From Candidatus Limnocylindria bacterium (GTDB lineage Bacteria; Chloroflexota; Limnocylindria; P2-11E), in assembly GCA_038207785.1 (NCBI GenBank), contig JBBQZK010000001.1:9405-73404 (forward strand): a stretch of DNA of 64,000 nucleotides. The letters are read 5' to 3'. The position numbers and the translations under genes were made by a program. A model generated the notes under the pieces. That model ran no database searches and was not told the origin of the DNA. It was given only the letters and a program-made list of their open reading frames with translations. This document shows, in pieces, positions 58,613 to 64,000 of this stretch; the stretch's first letter is position 1; every line of letters begins with the position of its first letter.

Positions 58613-59290
58613 ATGAACGTCCTCCTGGTCGAGGACGACCCCGCGGTACGCGGCGCGGTGGAGCGGGCGCTCCGCCACGCCGGGCACCAGCCGGCTGTCG
58701 CGGCGGATGGCGTTCGCGCGCTGGAGCAGGCGACGGCCGTCCTGTACGACGCGGTGGTCCTCGACCTCGGCCTTCCGGGTCTCGACGGGCTCGAGGTCTG
58801 CCGCCGGCTGCGAGCGGTCGGCAATCAGGTGCCGGTCCTGATGTTGACCGCGCGTGCCGCGGTGGCGGAGCGCGTGTCGGGCCTGGACGCGGGCGCCGAT
58901 GACTATCTGGTGAAGCCCTTCGCGCTCGATGAGCTGCTCGCCCGGCTGCGCGCATTCGAGCGGCGCGCGCCGACGAGCGGGCAGACCCGCGGCGAGCTGC
59001 GATTCACGGATCTCGCGCTCGATCGCGACGCGATGACCTGCCGGCGCGGGGCTCACGAGATCCCGCTGTCGCGGACCGAGTACCAGCTCCTCGAGCTGCT
59101 CATGGCGAACCAGGGCAAGGTGCTGAGCCGCGATGTCATCTTCGACACGGTGTGGGGCTACGACTTCGGCCCCGAGTCCAATTCGCTGGACGTGTACGTC
59201 GGGTATCTCCGCCGCAAGCTCGAGGTGGATGGCGGCTCGCGGATCATCCACACCGTCCGTGGGGTGGGCTACGTGATGCGCGAGTCATGA
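58613..59290 (+). CDS. OmpR-family response regulator
   Basis: It has a receiver domain (DD...D...K) and a winged-helix output domain (…VYVGYLRRKLE…). Confidence 0.9.
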   Translation: MNVLLVEDDPAVRGAVERALRHAGHQPAVAADGVRALEQATAVLYDAVVLDLGLPGLDGLEVCRRLRAVGNQVPVLMLTARAAVAERVSGLDAGADDYLVKPFALDELLARLRAFERRAPTSGQTRGELRFTDLALDRDAMTCRRGAHEIPLSRTEYQLLELLMANQGKVLSRDVIFDTVWGYDFGPESNSLDVYVGYLRRKLEVDGGSRIIHTVRGVGYVMRES

Positions 59291-60624
59291 GCTTCCGCCT
59301 GCGGATCGCGCTGCTCGCAGCGGGGGCGGTCGCCGTCGCCGTCATCGGGGCAGCGGTGCTCATGTACATCGTCGTCGAGACCCAGCTGGTCAACCAGTTC
59401 AACACCACGCTCGTCGACGCCGCGAATGCGGTGCGGTCCCCCGGCGGCGATCACGGTCCAGGCGGCCGCTTTCCTGGAGCGCCGCAGGGAACGGTGTCCG
59501 GCCGCTCGGATGTCGCTGCGCAGATCGTCAACAGCACCACCGGTACGGTGAGCCGCTCAGATGCGCAGCCGGTCGTGGCGCTCGTCACGCCGGACGTCCT
59601 CGCGGTCGCGAGCGGCTCGACGCCCGCTTACTCGTTCGATACGACCGTCGATGGATCGCGGCTGCGCGTATACGTGGCACCCGCGGGGCGCGGCACCGCG
59701 GTGGAGGTCTGGGGCCCGCTCGATCCCATCGAGAGCGCGCTCGCTGCAACGCGCGTCCGGCTCGCCGTGGTCGCGCTGGGGGGCGTCTTGTTAGCGGCGG
59801 CACTGGGCACCGTCGTCGCGCGCGCCGCTATCGCGCCGGTCGAACGGCTGACGTCCGTGGTCGAGGATGTCGCGCGCACGCGCGATCTGTCCCGCCGGGT
59901 GGCCGCGACCGGACACGACGAGCTCAGCCGCCTCGCCGCGAGCTTCAACGAGATGCTCGGCGCGCTCGAGGTCTCGCTGCGGCAGCAGCGCCAGCTCGTG
60001 GCGGACGCGTCGCACGAGCTCCGCACCCCGCTCACGAGCCTCCGCACCAACCTCGAGCTCCTCGCGCGCGGCCATCCGACGGACGAGGCCGAGCGTCATC
60101 TGGTGCTGACCGATCTCGTCGCGCAGATGGAGCGCCTCTCTACGCTCGTCGCCGACCTCATCGATCTGGCGCGCGACGAGGAGGCGGCAGTGCCGGTCGA
60201 AGAGCTGCAGCTCGATGAGCTCGTCGTGGACGCCCTCGCCGGCGTGCGGGGCCGCTACCCGGCGGTGACGTTCCAGCTATCGAGCCAGCCGACCGTGGTC
60301 ACCGGCGCGCGGTCGCGGATCTCGCGCGCCATCACGAACCTGCTCGACAACGCGGCGAAGTGGAGCCCACCGGGCGGTACGGTCGAAGTCAGCGTGGCGG
60401 CCGGCGAGGTCGTCGTGCGTGATCACGGACCCGGGATCGCGCCCGAGGACGCGCCGCATGTCTTCGACCGATTCTGGCGCGCGAGCAGCGCGCGAGGCAT
60501 GCCCGGCTCCGGCCTCGGCCTCTCGATCGTGAAGGACGTCGCCGAAAAGCACGGCGGCAGCGTCACCCTCGACCCAGCCCCCGGCGGTGGCGCCCGCTTC
60601 AGGCTCCGACTGGCGGGTGCCTAG
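59287..60624 (+). CDS. sensor histidine kinase (2 TM, HAMP, HisKA, HATPase_c)
   Basis: It has the H-box ...ADASHELRTPLTSL... and G-boxes. It is ATGA-coupled to the response regulator. The ORF-track start at 59152 is over-extended. Confidence 0.85.
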   Translation: MSFRLRIALLAAGAVAVAVIGAAVLMYIVVETQLVNQFNTTLVDAANAVRSPGGDHGPGGRFPGAPQGTVSGRSDVAAQIVNSTTGTVSRSDAQPVVALVTPDVLAVASGSTPAYSFDTTVDGSRLRVYVAPAGRGTAVEVWGPLDPIESALAATRVRLAVVALGGVLLAAALGTVVARAAIAPVERLTSVVEDVARTRDLSRRVAATGHDELSRLAASFNEMLGALEVSLRQQRQLVADASHELRTPLTSLRTNLELLARGHPTDEAERHLVLTDLVAQMERLSTLVADLIDLARDEEAAVPVEELQLDELVVDALAGVRGRYPAVTFQLSSQPTVVTGARSRISRAITNLLDNAAKWSPPGGTVEVSVAAGEVVVRDHGPGIAPEDAPHVFDRFWRASSARGMPGSGLGLSIVKDVAEKHGGSVTLDPAPGGGARFRLRLAGA

Positions 60625-60921
60625 ATCTACCATCGAACGACGGTCATCAATGCCCGCACCGTCCGTTGCAGCCACCGGGCCGACATCAAGCCGGTGTCTC
60701 CCGATGGCGACGGCTGCGCCGAATGTCTCGCCGTGGGCGACGAGTGGGTCCACCTGCGGATGTGCCTGACCTGTGGCGCCGTCCGGTGCTGCGACTCATC
60801 ACCGAATCAGCACGCCAGCAGACATGCGGACACGTCGGGACATCCGCTCGTGCGGTCGATGGAGCCGGGTGAAGGCTGGATGTGGTGCTACGTGGACGAG
60901 ATCTTCATAGAAGTCGCTTGA
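60625..60921 (+). CDS. UBP-type zinc-finger (zf-UBP) protein, with a start-codon problem
   Basis: It has ...RCSHRADIKPVSPDGDGCAECLAVGDEWVHLRMCLTCGAVRCCDSSPNQHASRHADTSGHPLVRSMEPGEGWMWCY.... The first Cys-His ligand pair lies upstream of the only in-frame GTG at 60694. No ATG, GTG or TTG lies between the histidine-kinase stop (60622-24) and that Cys codon. Confidence 0.55.
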   Translation: MYHRTTVINARTVRCSHRADIKPVSPDGDGCAECLAVGDEWVHLRMCLTCGAVRCCDSSPNQHASRHADTSGHPLVRSMEPGEGWMWCYVDEIFIEVA

Positions 60922-60930
60922 ATGGGGCTC

Positions 60931-60959
60931 GCTCGGGGCCGGCACAGCCGGGCCCGAGC
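60931..60959. terminator. 13-bp GC-rich hairpin (one mismatch, ACA loop) between convergent genes
   Basis: The arms are GCTCGGGGCCGGC and GCCGGGCCCGAGC. There is no clear U-tract. Confidence 0.3.
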
Positions 60960-60979
60960 GTACGCGCGGAGGAGGACGG

Positions 60980-61123
60980 CTAGTGCTGCCCCATCGTCAC
61001 GATGAGCACGATGATCAGGATCGACACAAGGAAGATCGGTATCGCCAGCGCCGCGAAGATGATGTGGTCCTGCTGCCGGTACTGCGGATCGGGCTTGTGC
61101 GGCGGGGTCCCATGAGCGGCCAT
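60980..61123 (-). CDS. hypothetical 47-aa single-TM protein
   Basis: It reads MAAHGTPPHKPDPQYRQQDHIIFAALAIPIFLVSILIIVLIVTMGQH. No RBS was evident. Confidence 0.3.
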   Translation of the reverse strand: MAAHGTPPHKPDPQYRQQDHIIFAALAIPIFLVSILIIVLIVTMGQH

Positions 61124-61151
61124 CGCGCGAAATCTAGCGCATAGTCCTCGA

Positions 61152-61412
61152 GTGGAGATCGCGCTCCTCATCTGGTTCGCCGTCGGTGCTGGCATCGCCG
61201 CAGGCGCATTCATCATCGCCCGATCCACGATCCAGATCGCGTCCGTTGCGTACAACGTCCTCGAGAAGCGCCTCGATCCACGCGTGGCCACGCGTCAAAC
61301 GATCCTGCTGACGCTCGCTGCGATCGCGGCTCTCGTCGCGACCTCGATCATCGCCGGCATCGCGACCCTGGCGATGCTCCAGGGATTGATCGATGCGAGC
61401 GGCCTGAGCTAG
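61152..61412 (+). CDS. hypothetical small membrane protein (2 TM)
   Basis: It uses a GTG start and is followed by a strong hairpin terminator. Confidence 0.35.
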   Translation: MEIALLIWFAVGAGIAAGAFIIARSTIQIASVAYNVLEKRLDPRVATRQTILLTLAAIAALVATSIIAGIATLAMLQGLIDASGLS

Positions 61413-61424
61413 GAGCGCACGAAG

Positions 61425-61450
61425 AAGCGCCGGCTTGCGGGCCGGCGCTT
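61425..61450. terminator. intrinsic terminator hairpin AAGCGCCGGC-TTGCGG-GCCGGCGCTT, bidirectional
   Basis: It is a perfect 10-bp stem, with an A-run upstream and TTCATTGATCT downstream. Confidence 0.6.
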
Positions 61451-61615
61451 CATTGATCTGCGCGAGTGCGGTCACATTGTCTTTGGCGTTTCAGGCTGCG
61501 GCGAGGGCCGCGGCTGAAGCGGCTGATCGATCGGCTGACCCCCCGTTTGGCCTGGCTCGACCTGCGGCGGGGGATGTTCGCCGGGCCGCGGAGGAAGGGG
61601 CCCTTGAGGATTCAA

Positions 61616-62128
61616 CTAGCGCTCGGTCTCGCCGGTCGAGCCCTGGCCCGGCTTGCCCTGGCCACCCTGCGTTCCGCTCTGGCCACCCTGGCCACCGTGC
61701 GATCCGCTCTGGCCACCCTGGCCAACCTTCGTTCCGCTCTCGCCGCCCTGGCCACCCTGCTGCGAACCGCCCTGACCGCCCTGGCCACCGTGCGATCCGC
61801 TCTGGCCACCCTGGCCACCGTGCGATCCGCTCTGGCCACCCTGCGATCCGCTCTGGCCACCCTGGCCACCCTGCGATCCGCTCTGGCCACCCTGGCCACC
61901 GTGCGATCCGCTCTGGCCACCCTGCGTTCCGCTCTGGCCACCCTGACCAACCTTCGTTCCGCTCTGGCCGCCCTGGCCACCCTGCTGCGAACCGCCCTGA
62001 CCGCCCTGACGGCCGGCCTGGTCCTGCGGCTGGCCCTGCTTGCCCTGCTCGCCGTGCTTACCCTGCTGACCTTGGCCACCCTGGGATCCACCCTGGCTTC
62101 CTTGTCCCTGCTTGTCCTTGTCCTGCAT
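61616..62128 (-). CDS. Gly/Gln/Ser-rich low-complexity (GGQ-repeat) intrinsically disordered protein
   Basis: It reads MQDKDKQGQGSQGGSQGGQGQQGKHGEQGKQ...(QGGQSGSHGG)n...GETER. It has a strong AAGGAGG RBS. The ORF-track start is over-extended. Confidence 0.6.
   Translation of the reverse strand: MQDKDKQGQGSQGGSQGGQGQQGKHGEQGKQGQPQDQAGRQGGQGGSQQGGQGGQSGTKVGQGGQSGTQGGQSGSHGGQGGQSGSQGGQGGQSGSQGGQSGSHGGQGGQSGSHGGQGGQGGSQQGGQGGESGTKVGQGGQSGSHGGQGGQSGTQGGQGKPGQGSTGETER
61640..62100. repeat. coding minisatellite with 24/30-bp periodicity (unit about CCGCTCTGGCCACCCTGGCCACCGTGCGAT) and a ~210-bp higher-order duplication
   Basis: Directly visible tandem repeats. The block ccaaccttcgttccgctct.gccgccctggccaccctgctgcgaaccgccctgaccgccctg occurs twice. 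Confidence 0.7.
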
Positions 62129-62216
62129 TGCGTGGCCTCCTTCGTATTTACCGGCGAGCCGGCTCCTTCTATCGCCGCAGAGGCCGTGCCAGAGACCGTA
62201 CGCGGCCGCCTGGCCG

Positions 62217-62657
62217 TCACCCGTTACGAACGGCCGAGCCGCGCCCACGCGGTCGGTCGTCCAGCCGCGCGACAAGCGCGCGGACCCGGCGCTCGATGCC
62301 GTCACGGACAAGCCGGAAGGCCGCAAGCCGCTCCTCGTCCGGACCGCGCGCGAGCGCGGGGTCGGCGAGCTTCCACCGCAGCTGTACCGCGGCGCCGGGC
62401 GGGATCGGACAGTTCGCATCGCACACCGTGACGCAGATGTCGAAGGGTCCGGCGACGTCGTCCACGCACGTGCTGCGCTGGGCCCTGATATCGATCCCCA
62501 CCTCGGCCATCGCGCGGATCGCGAGCGGATGGAGCTCGCTCGCGACCGTGCCCGCGCTCTCGGCGACGAACCGATCGCCGCCGAGCGCGCGGAGGAATGC
62601 TTCGGCCATCTGCGAGCGGGCGGAGTTGTGCCCGCAGAGGAACAGCACGCGCGTCAC
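62217..62657 (-). CDS. arsC: LMW-PTP-family arsenate reductase (thioredoxin-coupled ArsC type) / low-molecular-weight phosphatase
   Basis: It has the P-loop LFLCGHNSARSQMAEA (CX5R) plus downstream ...VTVCDANCP... cysteines in the ArsC positions. Confidence 0.65.
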   Translation of the reverse strand: MTRVLFLCGHNSARSQMAEAFLRALGGDRFVAESAGTVASELHPLAIRAMAEVGIDIRAQRSTCVDDVAGPFDICVTVCDANCPIPPGAAVQLRWKLADPALARGPDEERLAAFRLVRDGIERRVRALVARLDDRPRGRGSAVRNG

Positions 62658-62683
62658 ATGGCTATGGTGCCATCGCCGCGGAC

Positions 62684-62989
62684 CTACTCGGGAAGCTTGA
62701 GCTTCTTTCCCGGGTGGATCATGTCGGGGTCGTCCCCGATGACATCCTTGTTCAGCTCGTAGATCTCTTTCCAGCGGTTCGCGTCGCCGAGCTGCTCCTG
62801 GGCGATGTCCGAAAGGTTGTCACCGTCCTTGATCGTGTAGGACTTCTCGGACTTCTCGGACTTCTCCGACTTATCTGCGGCCTTGATCTCGTCGGGCGCG
62901 TGGATCTCGCTCCCGGGAATGACCTTGTACTCCTTCGGTGCGTAATCCGGGGTCTTGGTCTCGCTGTCGGTGCCTGCGTCGTTCGGCAT
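62684..62989 (-). CDS. small LysM-domain protein with an N-terminal Lys/Glu/Ser-rich (KSEKSEKSEKS) tail
   Basis: The C-terminal ...YTIKDGDNLSDIAQEQLGDANRWKEIYELNKDVIGDDPDMIHPGKKLKLP is a LysM fold. Confidence 0.65.
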   Translation of the reverse strand: MPNDAGTDSETKTPDYAPKEYKVIPGSEIHAPDEIKAADKSEKSEKSEKSYTIKDGDNLSDIAQEQLGDANRWKEIYELNKDVIGDDPDMIHPGKKLKLPE

Positions 62990-63062
62990 GTGTCGTCCTC
63001 CCGCGCGTCTTCGCGCGCGTCATGGCGGTGCAGTTTCGGTGCCGTCAAGGAACCAAGCCGCC

Positions 63063-63080
63063 GTGACTCCCTATCGTCAC
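63063..63080. promoter_or_regulatory. inverted repeat GTGAC-N8-GTCAC just upstream of the MFS transporter start (also CGCGCG-TCTT-CGCGCGCG at 63002-63019)
   Basis: Direct reading of the sequence. It lies in the divergent intergenic region between the LysM-arsC cluster and the MFS gene. Confidence 0.3.
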
Positions 63081-63083
63081 CCG

Positions 63084-64000
63084 ATGCGTTCGGGTCCGCT
63101 GCGTCACAAGTGGTTCGCGTGGTTCACCGTGACGGTCACGTCCGGATCGATCGGCGACGAGATCATGCGGCTCGCGCTCCCTCTCCTGATCCTCGACCTC
63201 ACGCACGACATCGGCGCCGCCGCGATCCTCCGGGTCGTCGAGACCGTCCCGTACGTGCTGTTCGGCGCCTTCGCCGGCGCGCTCATCGACCGATCGGAGA
63301 AGCGGCGGCTGCTCGCGATCACGACGATCCTGAGCTTCGTGTTCACGGCGGTGATCCCGATGTCCGTGCACCTGGGCTGGTTCTCGCTCGGGCTGCTCTA
63401 TGCGATCGCGTTCATCCTCGGGACGCTCGAGGTCGTGTGGGGCATCACCGCGGACTTCAGCATCGTGCCTGCGCTCGTGGATCCGGAGGAGCTGACGAAC
63501 GCGAACGCGACGTATCTCACCGCCGATCGCGTCGCGCGGATCGTTGGCCCGAGCCTCGGTGGCTTCGCCGTGGGTGCGCTCGCGTTCACGGGGGCGTACG
63601 GCTCCGCCAACGCCCTCTGGCTCTCGGCGTTCCTGTACCTGCCGTCGCTCGTGGTGTTCTTGCGCATGCCTCCGCTGAACGACGTGGACCCCGCGACCGT
63701 CGCACCACTCACCGTCGCCAACGTCAAGAGCGAGGTCGGCGAAGGGTTCACCTTCATCTGGCGAAGCACGGTCCTGCGCGCGCTGTTCGTGCTCATGTTC
63801 ATCAGCAACCTCGGCAGCCAGGGGATCAACACGCTCCTCCTCTTCGTCCTGCGCGAGGAGTACAAGCTTGACGCCATCACGATCGGCCTCGCGCTGTCGT
63901 TCACCGGCGTCATTCAGATCTTCGGCTCGGCGTTCGCGCCGCGTCTGGCGCGAGGCCGGCCGCTCGGACTGACGATGCTCATCGTCGTGTCCATCGCCGC
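63084..64000 (+). CDS. MFS transporter (partial, runs off the 3' end of the window); absent from the ORF track
   Basis: An ATG at 63084 opens a frame to the window end. It has multiple TM helices (…LLILDLTHDIGAAAILRVVETVPYVLFGAFAGALIDR…). Confidence 0.7.
   Translation, partial: MRSGPLRHKWFAWFTVTVTSGSIGDEIMRLALPLLILDLTHDIGAAAILRVVETVPYVLFGAFAGALIDRSEKRRLLAITTILSFVFTAVIPMSVHLGWFSLGLLYAIAFILGTLEVVWGITADFSIVPALVDPEELTNANATYLTADRVARIVGPSLGGFAVGALAFTGAYGSANALWLSAFLYLPSLVVFLRMPPLNDVDPATVAPLTVANVKSEVGEGFTFIWRSTVLRALFVLMFISNLGSQGINTLLLFVLREEYKLDAITIGLALSFTGVIQIFGSAFAPRLARGRPLGLTMLIVVSIA

Noticed and set aside
61640-62100. Periodic 24/30-bp repeats that could be taken for a CRISPR array
   Set aside because: The repeats are contiguous and degenerate with no unique spacers. 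They are entirely in-frame inside an ORF with a strong RBS, and no cas genes are nearby. This is a coding minisatellite.
61616-62128. Collagen-like triple-helix protein
   Set aside because: Gly is not at every third position, so there is no G-X-Y periodicity. This is a GGQ/SGS low-complexity protein, not collagen-like.

Overview
This is a 64 kb window of high-GC DNA, about 70% GC by eye, with Actinobacteria-like gene content; no lineage can be assigned from sequence alone. It is densely coding, and many genes are translationally coupled through ATGA, GTGA or TGATG stop/start overlaps. No rRNA, tRNA, CRISPR array, transposase or integrase was recognised.

(1) 0.4-6 kb: a seven-gene minus-strand operon of MDR dehydrogenase, acyl-CoA ligase, hotdog thioesterase, M29-like aminopeptidase, nitroreductase and VOC protein. 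It is headed by an everted TGACAT/ATGTCA inverted repeat.

(2) 6-10.5 kb: a dppBC plus substrate-binding-protein peptide ABC importer co-transcribed with a GntR/FCD regulator.

(3) 10.5-34 kb: a large hydrolytic island, and the most interesting part of the window. It holds six amidohydrolase-superfamily genes, an M20 peptidase, two phosphotriesterase-family genes, a creatininase-family gene, two tandem DJ-1/PfpI genes, a cupin, an RraA-like gene, an NHL protein, an MhpD-like hydratase, a YeiH transporter, kbl-tdh and asparaginase II. Nearly every operon start in 6-34 kb carries the same 14-bp palindrome, ATGTCACGTGACAT, and four copies sit in a fixed promoter cassette, TTGACC-N17-CATnnT-operator. 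I read this as a single, apparently undescribed regulon, probably controlled by the co-located GntR.

(4) 34-41.5 kb: an ilvB-ilvN-ilvC-smallORF-leuA-leuC-leuD operon with a Val/Ile/Leu-rich leader peptide and an attenuator hairpin.

(5) 41.5-64 kb: an accessory-like stretch. It contains a PucR-like regulator, an ACT protein, a zone of decayed gene fragments, LysE, UbiA, an ABC-2 exporter, and two secreted proteins sharing a duplicated ~140-aa domain (one GHL10-like, one HExxH). It also contains a lutC - lutB/A-fusion operon preceded by a truncated CpaF/VirB11-like ATPase, an OmpR/histidine-kinase pair, a zf-UBP gene lacking a start codon, a Gly/Gln-rich minisatellite protein, ArsC, LysM and a partial MFS gene.

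The supplied ORF track has many GC-frame artefacts and over-extended N-termini. Starts were reassigned where overlaps, RBS or homology to well-known proteins allowed. All coordinates were checked against the printed sequence but could still be off by a base or two.
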